Origin: Iphione sp. A-MEVVRFRX5
Lineage: Eukaryota
NCBI GenBank assembly: GCA_976226885.1
Contig: OZ320316.1
Span: forward strand, 89,590,001-89,654,000
Reading direction: 5' to 3'
DNA length: 64,000 nucleotides
Shown: positions 1 to 12,572 of the stretch, piece after piece
Numbering within the stretch: the first letter of the stretch is position 1
How the letters are laid out: each line of letters opens with the position of its first letter
Notes under the pieces: model-generated
The model's database searches: none
What the model was told of the DNA's origin: nothing
Seen by the model: only the letters and a program-made list of their open reading frames with translations
Translations under genes and position numbers: made by a program

Positions 1-616
1 CAAAAGGTTATAAAACCTTATCTTTGAGCTGTTATCTCACAGCTTCTGCTTTTAAAGGAGTTGCCAGTCGCATACTGGCGAAGATAATACATCATAAATA
101 GCTTTGATTCATTCCCCATGGCAGTTGGCACCCTTGAGTTGAAGACCCTGGCTGTCGGGGGATTTCACCACGCTTGATATGCCACGAGCAGAGCTTTGCC
201 GACAGGCAAGCTCATCCTGACAATGATTGAAACGCTTGCGCTGGATTCTCAATAATGAAACAGCGGCCACAACCTATCGCAGAATGGGTCAAAACCATTG
301 TTATTGCCATGCTTTTTATCTCCGTCATCATATACTATGAGGATGGGTTTTGATATTTTCTTAATCTATCTTAGTTTGCGTTTGTCATAATTTTGCAGTT
401 ATCTGTTATTTCTTACCCATTGCACTTATTGTTTGAATATTTAACATTGTTGACCGCAAAAGAGTTCTCTGTGCATCTTAGTCACAAGAACGGTAACATT
501 ACGAATATTATATCACCGACATACAATTTCAATGTGGCGTTCTTAAAGGTACTTGTTCAATGTCCTTTCATGCTGTAACTGTAGAGCATTGTCCGCAGTT
601 ATTCCGCAAACCTACA

Positions 617-710
617 TACTAACAGCCACAATCTAATTAGATATTGTTGTTAATATGCTTTTTTCTCTCTTGCAGGTAAGTAATTTACTGCTCCGGGAAT
701 CCAGGTAAAG
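617..710 (+). promoter_or_regulatory. Strong 3' splice site immediately followed by a 5' splice-site consensus (recursive-splice-like site or 29-nt microexon 676-704)
   Basis: TACTAAC at 617-623, pyrimidine tract to CAG (673-675), then GTAAGT (676-681); second donor CAG|GTAAAG at 705. Confidence 0.45.
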
Positions 711-869
711 TAACATTATGCTTAATTATGACCGAATGTGAAAAGATGATGCAGTGTTCGGAAGGGTAATGAGGACGTCCGTCATAATTGCAGTTACGAG
801 AGATGCTAATTGTTCGTTTTAAGCTGATTGGATTTTTTAAGTGCTTAAAACGTTGTGGTATTCAAAGGG

Positions 870-1070
870 TCCCTCGCACACAGTTGATTAGAGGCTTGTC
901 ATCACTACACAAATAAGAAAACCATTCCCTCTGTGTCTCTCTGCCTTCTGGCGTGATCGACGACCTGATAGAATTTGATGATACAGCCGCCGCGCTATCA
1001 ATTCTACGACAAGTATTTCCACGATCTGTTGACGGAGTCGGCAAGGAATAGAAATTGTCGGTTACTTGAG
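870..1070 (+). mobile_element. Degenerate Gypsy-like reverse transcriptase fragment
   Basis: Frame segments IQRV...IRGL and VIDDLIEFDDTAAALSILRQVF resemble the FQRxM...GL and YxDDIL...H...LRxVF motifs; interrupted by stops and frameshifts. Confidence 0.3.
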
Positions 1071-1554
1071 TGAATCCCTCCTCCCCCTATCTTCAAGACT
1101 TAACGGTTTTGGCTCGTATATAGCTCGCCCAGTGTGACCTTATTAGATGAGGCGCACGATAGGAGTCGATATTTTAATATACGATGCCGTTTTCAGCTTG
1201 CTGGGAAGATCTGTAAGCCTTCACTTCAGCCTCAGCCAAAGTGAAGGGTCAGGTGAACTTCATTACACACTGGACACTAATCACTTGTAATTTCAACATT
1301 ATGTCGGGCTGCCAACCACCCTGGCATGAAATTTCCCATCAGATAAATGATGCCTGACTGTATCTCCGGTGTCTATAATACTTTTCGTACCGAAAATGGC
1401 TTAATCACAGCATGAGGTGACCGCACTGTCAAGGTGACCATATTCCTGGTGTTTTTGTTTATCAGAGTATATTAAAAAAAATAGTTGTCCATTCAGACTA
1501 AATTCAACTGTAATCATCTGTCAACCATATCACCCAGAGATTCAATTCTCTGAT

Positions 1555-3822
1555 ATGTCAAACATGCAATTTGGTCACATAGCAATGGTCAACTCGACAA
1601 AAATTAATGACTTAATCTTTACTAATACCTCAGCTTTCAATAATGCTACTGTCATTGATAACTCATACAGTGACCATGTCGGAATACAGGTTAACTATAA
1701 AACAGGTAGCAAAATGAAAAGAGATCGTTGGAAAAAAATACCCACTCTTGATATGTCGTCATATTCATTTGTAAAGCTAAATGATACCCTCCAAACTATC
1801 AAGACACATTTAATAGATCTAGAGAACGACCCCCAGAATTTTTGGGAAAAGATACTCAACGTTATTCATACTGGGATAAGCAAAATTTGTCATATCGGGG
1901 ATGGTAAGAAAACCTATAACAATAGAAGAAAGGTTAGACTAAGTAGAGGCATCATTGAACTTATCCGAGATAGGAGATATTTTATGAAGAAGGCAAAAAG
2001 AACAGCTGACGCAGATGCATACAATATCTATAGGTACTTGGATAAGAAAGTAAAAATGGAAATCAAAAATTTTTATCAACAACATTACTACTCAATCTTA
2101 ATGAGTGATCAAAGAAATCTTCCAAAATTATGGGCAACATTACAAAACCTATTCGGTAGTAGGAAAAGTTCTAACATCATATCTATAATACATGGTGATG
2201 TCGAACTAGCTGAAAGTGACATTCCTGATGCCTTCAATAATCATTTTATAAATATTTCAAAGAACATAATTAGCTTAATGGATGAGAAGCCCATAGTAAG
2301 ATGCAGGTGTGGAACTGACGCATTGCGCTTTCGCCTATTCACCCACGAGGAGGTTACAAAGGCGGTAAGTAGACTTGATATACGCAAGGCATGTAACATC
2401 CCAGGGTTAAACACCAGAATTCTTAAAGATTCCATGTCAATCCTGAACCAGGAATTCACAAAACTGTTCAACCTAATGTTAATTCAAGGCAAATTTGTTG
2501 ACACTTGGAAAATGGCTAGAGTTGTACCTGTATTTAAAAAAGGTAGTAGGCAGGTTATTAGTAACTATAGACCCATAAGCAACCTTCCCCTACCTGGGAA
2601 AATATTTGAACACCTATTCTGTAGTCAGCTAAAGAACGAATTGTTTCGAATAGGCTTTTGGTCGGAGAGTCAACATGGGTTCCTACCGGGGAGGTCCACT
2701 AAAACGGCCTTATCTGAAATTCTGAAAAACATTTGCAATAGTTTACAAAACAATTTTTATGTAGCAGTAGCCGCTTTTGACTTAACAAAAGCATTCGACC
2801 TTCTGAGTTGCGATATAGTAGTGAAGATACTTGAAATCGAAGGAGCACACAGTAGCATAATATCATTAATCAAAGACTATTTCCACCACAGAAAACAATA
2901 TGTTCAGGTGAATAATAAAGAATCTAGTATACTAGAACAAAAACATGGAATCCCACAGGGGAGTGTAATCGGACCCCTAGGATTTGCCATGGCTATCAAT
3001 AATATCACTGCTAATGCTCCTGAGGGGTCGATGATAACCCTATATGCTGACGATATTACCATTGTCATTACTGGGAGCACGATGCTTGATCTACAACTAA
3101 ATATTACGAAAGCTTATACCCACATCATTGATTGGTGTGAAAGAAATAATCTCTTAATCAGTCATGAAAAGAGTGCCTTTTGCCTTATTGGTAGAGCCGC
3201 CAATGGTTTTTCAGAGGTGAAATATAAAAACCATGTACTGTCCAGACAGAAAAATTTAAAAGTGCTAGGATATGTTATAAATGAAAGAATCAGCTGGAAG
3301 GAGTCAATTAATAATGCTATTAGTCAGATGTGGAACAGCGCATATAGTATTTGTAGATACAAGTTATACATTCCTGTGGCACTAAGAGTAATGCTCTTCA
3401 AAATTTACATCTACCCACTAATTGACTATCGCTCACCGATCCTATGTGGAGTGAACATTGTTTTTAAAAAGAAGTTACAAAGCAACTACTCAAAATGTGC
3501 CAGATTAATGCTATGTAGGTACATAGAGGGAAACAAGCAAAATCCATTTTTAATTCATGATATCGATACTTTAGATCAAAGAATCAAACGTGGTACATTA
3601 CAACTAGTCCATCATCTGGTACTGTCCAATCAGATAGCAATGCAAAAACAAGGTAGGACTAGGTCAGGTATGGAAAAGCGTATTATACTGTATAAATCAA
3701 AGAGTAGAATCATCCGTAAGTCATTGTACGAAATCGGTGCTATTTTGTGGAACGAATTACCATCACATATGAAAAACTGTTGTAACCTAAAAGAATTTGG
3801 TAAACTGTTGTGTAAATTGTAA
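1555..3822 (+). CDS. LINE ORF2: C-terminal end of apurinic-like endonuclease plus reverse transcriptase, 5'-truncated, uninterrupted 755 aa
   Basis: INDLIFTN...YSDH endonuclease end; WKMARVVPVFKKG, NYRPISNLP, QHGF, DLTKAFD, GIPQGSVIGP, LYADD and LKVLG RT motifs in the correct order. Confidence 0.95.
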   Translation: MSNMQFGHIAMVNSTKINDLIFTNTSAFNNATVIDNSYSDHVGIQVNYKTGSKMKRDRWKKIPTLDMSSYSFVKLNDTLQTIKTHLIDLENDPQNFWEKILNVIHTGISKICHIGDGKKTYNNRRKVRLSRGIIELIRDRRYFMKKAKRTADADAYNIYRYLDKKVKMEIKNFYQQHYYSILMSDQRNLPKLWATLQNLFGSRKSSNIISIIHGDVELAESDIPDAFNNHFINISKNIISLMDEKPIVRCRCGTDALRFRLFTHEEVTKAVSRLDIRKACNIPGLNTRILKDSMSILNQEFTKLFNLMLIQGKFVDTWKMARVVPVFKKGSRQVISNYRPISNLPLPGKIFEHLFCSQLKNELFRIGFWSESQHGFLPGRSTKTALSEILKNICNSLQNNFYVAVAAFDLTKAFDLLSCDIVVKILEIEGAHSSIISLIKDYFHHRKQYVQVNNKESSILEQKHGIPQGSVIGPLGFAMAINNITANAPEGSMITLYADDITIVITGSTMLDLQLNITKAYTHIIDWCERNNLLISHEKSAFCLIGRAANGFSEVKYKNHVLSRQKNLKVLGYVINERISWKESINNAISQMWNSAYSICRYKLYIPVALRVMLFKIYIYPLIDYRSPILCGVNIVFKKKLQSNYSKCARLMLCRYIEGNKQNPFLIHDIDTLDQRIKRGTLQLVHHLVLSNQIAMQKQGRTRSGMEKRIILYKSKSRIIRKSLYEIGAILWNELPSHMKNCCNLKEFGKLLCKL

Positions 3823-3858
3823 ATGTTGCCTTTCATGTAAGCCGTGTCATGTCTGATG

Positions 3859-3921
3859 CGGAAGATCTCCTAGCCGAGATGTCTTCGTGACAATAAAACT
3901 TGTTCAATTCAATTCAATTCA
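3859..3921 (+). other. LINE 3' recognition stem-loop, polyadenylation signal and pentamer tail
   Basis: GAAGATCTC-CTAGCC-GAGATGTCTTC forms an imperfect stem; followed by AATAAA and TTCAA repeats. Confidence 0.7.
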
Positions 3922-5459
3922 CCTCTCACTCATCGCAACAAATGCACGTAAAACCTGGCCTATAATAAGCCTATTTGGTTGTGTTTGATAAGTATGGTTA
4001 ATGTTTTATACATATTCAGTTTATGCATAGTGTGTTAAACTAATTTAAAAGTATTAATTGAGTTTCTATTTCAAGTACTCACTGGATCGAAAGGTTTAAA
4101 GCCTGATACATATGAGTTGTCTAGATACCCATCTGAGATTTGTTTATTATTAAATGTATGCATGGGTTATATGTTATATCCAAGCATGCAATGAATATAC
4201 ACAATCAGTTAAAGAGATAAGGAATTCATCAGATGGTTCAGCTGAATCTATGGATGCAGAGTCTTCTGTGAGTAGAGAAAATTAGTCATTTGATCCTCAT
4301 AATGTAAATTCCAATTGAGACATTGCTGTACTGTCACATAGCCATGCCCACTTATCACACTGTGACTGTCATTCTTTCAATATGGTCACATACAATGTTC
4401 AAAATTTTTAAATAAAGGTTTCTTGTTACAGTGTCAGTGTATTGCACTTTTACATATACATTAAAATAAATACAGATACTCAACCATGTTCTCAATGGAT
4501 ACATATCCATAAATTTACATAACTACATAATGACATGTGACAGTCATAATTCTAATATGATCATGCATGAGCGATAGTGTCACTCAAATGTCATCTGCAC
4601 GGATTGCTTACACAAGTCATGTGACAAAATAGCATAACATCATTGGCTACGGAACACTTTTATTAACATATCGTGACTGTAAAAGATGTCATCCTGTCAT
4701 GCAGCAATGTGTCAATTCTTACACTTCACTGAAGGGAGGTGTGCTGCAGCATTCAGCTCTTGCTGAAGTTGAGTAGATGATATGAGAGATACAAGGGGCT
4801 TGTCCGAACATGAGAGGATATTGACAAGTCTGGCTTTCTGATGGTGAACAAAACATCGTATTTAAAAGCGTTTTAGGAGTCAACCACAACACAAAGTTGA
4901 ATATGGTAATAGAATGCTCGAGAGCAACATGCTCTTGCATATAATGACGTGTCCTAGAAACAAACGTGTCATGTGATTGTATAAATTGCCATGTACATGC
5001 ATACAGAACGAATAATTATGGAAATCTGATCATACAGCTGAGTGTTATCTATGAGATAATTTCTCTTCTGTATAAATTAATCGACTGATTTTTCGTCAGG
5101 GACACCGATCTACATCCATAAAGATGCTACTATATGGATCTCCTTCAAAATGTATCAAGCGCAGTGAAAATACGATATATAATCCAGCAGAGAAGATACT
5201 AGTTAAGAAAAAAGGCTGTGTAGTTGTGTGCTTTAGACATGCTATATATGTACGCCTTTCAAATCTCACTCATAGTGAATTGAAAGCAATAATGTGGTAT
5301 GAAATCCGGTACATATTGCCGAGCATAAAGTTTTTTGCATGTTGTTTGCTAATTTGGACTTTTTAAAAAATCAGTCTGACCCTTTGGCCTGCTACTTATT
5401 CTTCATGGTCCACAGCGTCAATGACGGTCGTCCTCAACCTGTGGCACCATGACAGGGGT

Positions 5460-7000
5460 AGATGCCTTTACAGTGATTTTCACAACCCTGGGAAGGGCCG
5501 ACGGCCCATTTAATACCGGTGCTTAGTAGACATTGCTGGCATCTTTTACTGTCTTCTCTTTATTCACAACTTCCTCATATTGGACATCAGCGGGATACAA
5601 GATCTTTGCTGTCAACGTGTCACTTTACTCGTAGATATGATACTATGTTGGGGAAGATAGCTTACGGTGAATATAATAGTGTTGTTTTGACTTAAACTGA
5701 TATGGTGGTTATTCACTCGGTGGACCCACTGCCGTACACTATTAAAATAGTAGCATGTGAGGAGGATTTCAAATATGGGTGATTTTCATTGAATGGGGTG
5801 GGATGAATTTGACAGCTCCTGTTTCAAGCATCATCTTATATTTAAGCACCATTATGGCACTTGCCTGGTAAGAATATATTGTGTGTTCCACGGATTACAT
5901 CCCTCAATTTCTGCAATGTTTATGTTAAATGATACTCTCATCAGCGACTTTTATCACTAGAATTAGTTCCACGATTAACCTCATCTGTTGTCCATAGCGC
6001 AAAACCTTACGTTTTTCTTCCTCGCCGATGTCTTGACGATATGGGTCGGTGGGTAATTTGTACTGCTATCTTTGTTAACTGACTTATCTAAGTCCACCCT
6101 AAAGAACCATACCCGAAGAAAGGCAGGCCTTAGTTCTAAATAACATAATTATCAAGGAAGGCATGGTTTAATTCTCGATCATTTATTATCATTGAAATAC
6201 AAGCTGGCAAAACCACGGGAATATGACACATTCTTTCGAACAATGCGTTATTTTCCCTTCATCAGGAAACAACCTGGAATTTGAGTTTTTAGTGCATCAG
6301 CTGGTAACAGTGGCAAACATTTTTACTTTTTGAATGGGTCCACGATCAAGAAATCTGTAAACGTCTAGAAGCACGGATGTTTTCATTGGCGGACAACTGG
6401 TGATTACCATTTGTTCCAGCAGCTTTACTGCTCTAGAATTAGTTTCAAGTTGTGCGATAGTAACCGACTTTCAACAGCATGCCAACAACTCATTTCAACA
6501 TATATCTCCTAATTTGTCGTCTGAAATAAGAGGCCTTCTCACGATATTTGTATTCAGCTGACCCTGCTGTCTCTTATTATGGCTGTTGATAATATCACGG
6601 ATGAATAGGAATGAGCCACATGAGGAAACATTGTGTCCATAACCTCATCTAAAAAGGACATGTAACTAAGCACTTCACAATATAGCTAATATCAGGCATC
6701 CCTACATTAACCCTGCCATGTCTTGGGGTGTAACGCATGCATGTATTCTTTACATTCTCAACTGCCATAATCTTAGAATCGAGGTAAAAGGTTCGCAAAG
6801 CTATTCGTCCTCAGGAAGAGAATCTGTCCTGCTGGTTTCCGTACCTCATGTAGGCATTTAGTCCCGCTCGCTATAGTTAACTCACTACTATTTTAACTGC
6901 AATAACATCTCTCACCAGCTGAAAAAATTTCTTGCTACCCAACAGTCTACCAAGACAGAAAGACAGGGAGGCCTTCTCAAAGGACCTGTTGAAGGACAGA
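5460..7000 (+). mobile_element. Degenerate Penelope-like element (RT plus GIY-YIG remnants)
   Basis: Collinear motif traces across frameshifts: HNPGKGRRPI (5481-5510; HKxxxPGRPI), VSLY (DVxSLY), YGTC...AMFM (GTAMG...ANLFM), RCLDDM/DVLTIWVG (~6020-6050; RYIDDIFxIW), ILYILNC (~6740; VIYxIxC), KTGRPSQR (~6960). Confidence 0.45.
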
Positions 7001-7399
7001 AAAAATTAAACTGCAAAGTAGTTACGTATAACGTACCCAAAAGCTCTTGAGTCACATGTTAATGTGTCAACATCCCCAGCACCAAATTTGTGAGCTCGAA
7101 CTCACTTAGTATTCGTTACGCGCAGATATCTATGTTCTAGTCTGCTCCATATATCACAAAACGTTTGAAGACTCAGGATTTAGTTGTCATATTATGCATC
7201 CAAAGTCCTCATCCACTTTATTGCAACCATGAATATAAAGGAACCACAGCTATGCACATGTGGATCTTTCCTCACAAAAATAGACAGGGGCTACTTTATC
7301 AAACTTCCATGACGTTGTGCCTACGTGCGCATTCACATATCCCAGTGTAGTAGTTTATGCCTATATTGCTTTCCCCTGGGCATGTTGAGAGAAGGTCAA

Positions 7400-7850
7400 C
7401 GTCGTCAACTCTAACAAATTTATGTTGCATTCTCCCCTCCTGAGATGACCCAATCCGGGCAATTCAGATGGTCCCCCATCTGAATATGCACATATCAAAA
7501 ACATCCTGCCTGTGGCCGTAGAGAAATGCCAGTTTTCCCCAGACCTCTAGCAGACATTGAATTATCACCGCTGGAGATCTACTTGAGCCACCGCCTAATT
7601 TGACAGAACCCCATCAAACTTTCTTGGCACTTGTCCCCTTTGGTCTCACAATTTGTACATTTTCCAGCTTCCCAATCCTTTTATAGAGTAATAGGCATTG
7701 GAAAACGGAAGGTACTTTTCGAATGGAGACAGTCTTTGCCCCCAAATCACTGAAATTCTTCGCTATCAACAGTCAGGCCTGAGAATTGAAGACAGTCACC
7801 AAATTGTATCTCCGACAAAAGCGTCTTACTCATTTTCATAAGTGAAGAAT
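7400..7850 (+). mobile_element. Degenerate Gypsy-like RT fragment
   Basis: PRPLADIEL (YPLPxIDE), LVPFGLT (7630-7650; MPFGLxN), EILRYQQSGLRI (VLxRLxxxGLxL). Confidence 0.3.
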
Positions 7851-8562
7851 ACTGCCTATGTAAATACGTTTATTGTCAATCTCTCGTATTAATACAAGCA
7901 ATAATGACTTTGACATAAGGCAAAAATCTGAGCAGAAAACGAGAAGACCGGTTCAACATCTCTTGATAGAACTTAAAGGTCTTGATGTTAATCCGACCAA
8001 CACTACAAAATAATGTGTATGTATCAACCCCCCTTCAGGTTAGGCCATACTTAAGCATTCTCCACTACAGAGGATGCCAACCGCCGACCGTGTTCCATGA
8101 ATAGTTGTGGAGTGCATGCCGGCTGCATGCGTGCAGTGATATTTTGCTGTTATGCAACTGTACTGCAGTCTATCAATATGGTGCAGAGGTGCACACTTCA
8201 TGTGGAGTGCTTTACTCAAAACTTGCAATGTCTATAAATTTCACAGAATACGCTGCAGAAAGGTGTGGGAAGAATGAGCATTGCAGATCGCACAAGGCCG
8301 AGGCCCAGATCCATATAAAACTCTACTTAACTAACATAACATTTCCATAAGAAAATCACATAATTTTCATGGTATGACATGAATTCAAGACATTTGTGGA
8401 AAAGATGCTCAATCTTAACAATAAGAACCCAAATATAGGATATTTTATGGAAAAAAAACATTTCAATAAATATAGTACAAATTGAAGACATTTGCCCCGA
8501 AAAGATGCACTCATTCTACGATTCTGGCAAATATTCAAGGCAATGTAGAAAAATAACCTCAC

Positions 8563-8566
<4 letters not shown>

Positions 8567-8601
<35 letters not shown>

Positions 8602-8615
8602 ACACACACACACAC
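8567..8615. repeat. Compound microsatellite (CT)16 plus (CA)7
   Basis: Read directly from the sequence. Confidence 0.95.
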
Positions 8616-9099
8616 GTAGAGGCAAAATGGTAGGAAACGGCAGGAAACACCGGGAGATGTCACTTACATTCAGGGAAACTGGCTGAAGAAACACCTCTTA
8701 AACAATACTGGCATGCAACAAAAAAGGATTGATGGGAACCCGGCCGTATGGACCCACTCGGATCTTTGTAGGCCAACCAAGCATCTAACAAGGTACGAGC
8801 TGTTGCCATCTTCGTCTTAACATTGTGCTCATTAGACTATCCAATTCCACCGGCCTGATTTTACGGAGTTTTATTGATATTGATATTGATTTTATGGGTC
8901 ACTTTATCGCTGGCATAGAGTTACAGAGATTTCAATAATAAAAACGTGTAAAAAATGTGAAACTGAAAACCATGTGCAAATAGCTGACAAAAATAATAAT
9001 GTAGCATGTGCCAACTGCGCATAAGTTTTATTGATAGTCAGTGTGTCTCATGCTGGGAGTCCAGAATGTCTGGTAGTAATAAGGGTCTGCTTGGGGAAT

Positions 9100-9900
9100 A
9101 TCATTCATTTGTTCTGCAATAATAGTTCCCCTTATGAAGCCAGTTATCCCAGCCTGGTCCTACGTGGAGGCCCAATGGCTCGTAGTCCGAAAAGTCCATG
9201 TTGGTAGGGCTAAAGTTCTGATAGAGGCCCTATTTTAGAAAACTATGCTTTCATTTTTGATAGTGCCATTCTGAACCAATTTCTCCATTTTTGTTCAAGA
9301 CAATAATAGATCTATGTTCATCACTGAGAATACAATCTGTTGCTAGATGCACTGGGGTCAAAATTGAATTTTAATTTAATCCCTACTAAATCCCTACAAG
9401 CTGGAAGTCTGACATTACGCCAATCCTACATATTCATACAGGAGCTGATATTGGTCACACTAAGAAGCGGAAATGGAGGCTGTACGCCACACCGTACCTG
9501 CAACGCCTCCTCATTGGAAATTCCCCCTGCATTGACGAGGCGATCCATTCACTTCGAGGGATGTTTCAGTTCTGCTTCTGGTAGGGTTGTTGATACCCTG
9601 TTCAGAAGTAGCCATTCCCTTGCCTGCATCAGCTCAAGACCTATGAGACAGTCTTCCCTGGCATCTACGGTAGAAACCTCTTAGTGGCATTGGTCGATTT
9701 GTCAGTGTAACTGAGTCCATCTGTGCATATAGGCAGGCCATGTCTGAAATTTCCCAACCTTCTTAACAATATTATCGACCAGGTAGTCTGGTAAATTCTC
9801 CCTCGATTTCTGGACGTCCTTCAACTAACATGAATTACACATTCTTTCTATTTCTCCGTGATGTTCCCCTATTCTCTATGGGCTGCTACTTCAAAAATAT
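9100..9900 (-). mobile_element. Degenerate Gypsy integrase C-terminal region
   Basis: LLLNRVSTTLP (LLxxRxLRTxLP) and WLHKG-TII (WxxGTI) traces; heavily frameshifted. Confidence 0.25.
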
Positions 9901-10081
9901 TCCAGCCCCGCTTAGTTCTTGTGCCACCTTCAAAGAGTGGTCCCTTCAAACGTCCAACCGTCCACATTTTTTGACAGATGAGTATTCTTAATAATTATAC
10001 CGAAAACATCCATCTGTATGGCGAGGACAATATTCTCCGCCTTTCATCTGCTCACCATCTTTCTACACCTTGCACCTTGCA

Positions 10082-10118
10082 AAACGTGTTCATCAGAGAA
10101 ACGTGTTCATCAGAGAAA
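10082..10118. repeat. Perfect 17-bp tandem duplication (AAACGTGTTCATCAGAG x2)
   Basis: Read directly from the sequence. Confidence 0.9.
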
Positions 10119-10979
10119 GTTTGATCCATGCACAAACTTTCCAATGAGAAACCATAGTCATCGTATATTATGTTGAGCATGTTGCACTCGGCTCGTATAG
10201 TTTTCTTCTGAAAGATCATAAATTTTCCTATGGATGAGCTACTCAGCCTCAGGCGAATACAGATCAATGGGACATGTACGTCAACATCGCGTTTCTCACC
10301 GGCTAATGGGACTTATATCACCGCATGAACTGTTAGAGTCAAACAAGATGGTACAACTTGGGCTGAATGGATTTACCCAGGACAAAGGTGATCGGATACG
10401 GTAAAGTTAAAATTACAGCATGATGCCAAGCATAACTTTGTACCTTCACCAGTTAAACAATTATGGGCTAAATGCAGACGTAAAAGATCCACTTGACCAA
10501 ATTTGGTCAGGAGCAGGAGGGTCCATGATAACGATGAAAACCCACACAAATCAACTGAGGCATCTTTGAGACCCAAATGTGCACCTAGAATATGAAACGC
10601 AGACGAACGTTGTCAGTAGTGACACGAACACTCCAGAGATAGTTGTTTTAGGTGTGAGGACCTTCCAGATCATTTTCATATCAATATCGAACCTAGCGAT
10701 AGATCGATTGAAAATAGATATTTATGAGGAAATATTTAGTTCATCTAAACCTACATCGAAAATTCTAAATTCCTAAACCTATCCCCTTAACCTTTCACAT
10801 AAACGTCACAGTCCTGGAAGGGGGAGGTTGTTACAGATACAGAACCCAGTGGAATTAGATACGTACTTACTACTGTCTATAGCAGGCAAAACTGATGGTC
10901 CAGTTGACTTTTGAACTCAATCAACATGATTCCTCAAATGTTGGTAAACTTTCGAAGCCAATGCCCATGTCTCAGTGTT

Positions 10980-11820
10980 AGATTAAGCTGAATTTAAATG
11001 GCCCTCCAATAAATGGTGTATTCTTACTTGGGGCTTAATGTTCACACTGCTCCTTACTCACTCTACCAAATAAAAAAGCTAGAACTCGGTCGAAGCTTGC
11101 TCCGAGAAGATCAAAGGGAATACTTAACACAATATTGTCCCTCACAGGATCTTTCTAATCATTTGCTCAGCACGTCTATTCCTCACTGTTGCAACGTACA
11201 CAACTGAACCTAAATGAAAACTCCACAGCTGCACCACGAACAGTACGTAACAACTAATAAAAACATACACAAATCCACTACACCAATCAAGCCAGCAGTA
11301 TCTCTGAAGGTGACCGACCAAAAGATATTGGTGTAAAGCATTAACAAAGCATGTATTTTGTTGAGGAGGACAATTTCTAAACTTTGATATAAAATAAGCC
11401 TTCCATGTAGTCAAACTACACATTATTGAGATGTCATCCATGATGTTTCGCTCATATGATACAGTCAAAACCCCTCTTTGCGATCACCACCCTGGTCCGA
11501 GCTCAAACAGTCGTAATGCCGAAAACAGAAATCGATTTTTAATTATTATGTATAGGAAACATACTTTTGTTCCAAGCTCAATCAGTTGGAGAGGTGGATT
11601 TGGTCAGAAATCATTGTGGCCAGAAATAGAGTTTTGACTGTAATTTTCTTATATTACAAAGTTCACATGTATATTCTAATGATATAGACGAAAGTAGCCC
11701 CATTCCTATCCCCAGGTAAAACGCTGGAAGATTCTTGGCGATCTCACCCGATGTCAGCAAAGCAAACCTCGAGGTCTGAGTTTTTATGGGAGATGTGACG
11801 GTTCTTTCTTGGGTCACAAA
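10980..11820 (-). mobile_element. Degenerate Gypsy integrase (zinc-binding region plus core)
   Basis: AKNLPAFYLGIGM...YTCELCNIRK (ARxxYWPGM...CxxCQxxK), NRRAEQMIRKIL (NGxAERxxRTLK) and NTPF (TPF), in the correct order. Confidence 0.45.
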
Positions 11821-12540
11821 AATATGTTTAATCGTAATATGTGACTCATTATTCTAAATATTTACTTGTAAACTGTTTTCATTAGATTTCACCTCAACCA
11901 GAAAGTGCCGGTGTTATAGAGAATTATTTTGGATTTTAATCAAATAGTTTGAAATTAATGTGAAGGCAAATATTCCTAACATATTTCATCCAATATAGAA
12001 TTTAATCGAGGGACATTCTTCAGTTTATGTAAATGTATCGTAAGAGAAAACATAGATTGAGCTGATGATATAACCGTGAAATCCAGTTTATCGCGATTGC
12101 CTAAGGGAGTTTGGAAGATCTAACAAACCTGGTATATAATTTGTCAATGTGGAACGAGGAATTAGAAAATAATCTTTTTTCACAGACCTCCATATGGAAG
12201 CATTATAAATGTGATTGAACACCGAGCAGAAACAACAAACTATAAAGCAATTGATAAAGAGGACCAAATTATGTAACCTATAAAAAGCACTCTGAATGCA
12301 AAAGGTAATGCATGGGTAGACAATTCTGAGCTAGAAGCCTGCAAAGAGTAGAATAGACTTTACAACAAAGCAGAATGTGGATTGGAAACCCAAAATATGT
12401 TCTTATCACTGTAGGGTTTTTATATCAGGTGTTGTCAGTAAAGCTTCCAACGAATACCTTCTCCCCATAGTACCAAACCATCACAACTGAGCGAGTTGGT
12501 GGATTAGTCACAAGTATTGGGTCCTCAAGTAATTACTTAC

Positions 12541-12572
12541 CCAGTCAAGAGGATTGGATCCTTAAGTGATCA
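12541..12572 (-). other. Candidate 32-nt non-coding or poison exon
   Basis: Long pyrimidine tract (reverse complement of the AG-rich run at 12579-12622) ending TGCAG, and donor TGG|GTAAGT; all three frames contain stops. Confidence 0.25.

Larger units (their letters stand above)
1555..3921 (+). mobile_element. CR1-group (L2/Crack/Daphne-like) non-LTR retrotransposon, 5'-truncated with intact 3' end
   Basis: ORF2 plus short 3' UTR with stem-loop (3859-3889), AATAAA (3892-3897) and (TTCAA)3TTCA tail (3903-3921) instead of poly(A). Clade assignment is inferred from this architecture. Confidence 0.85.

Noticed and set aside
10373-10576. Minus-strand ORF with an LRR-like segment (LRLHLAHNCLTGEG)
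   Set aside because: Only one repeat, and the plus strand reads TVKLKLQHDAK...YGLNADVKDPLDQI, which resembles the Gypsy region just before RT; probably shadow-frame coincidence.
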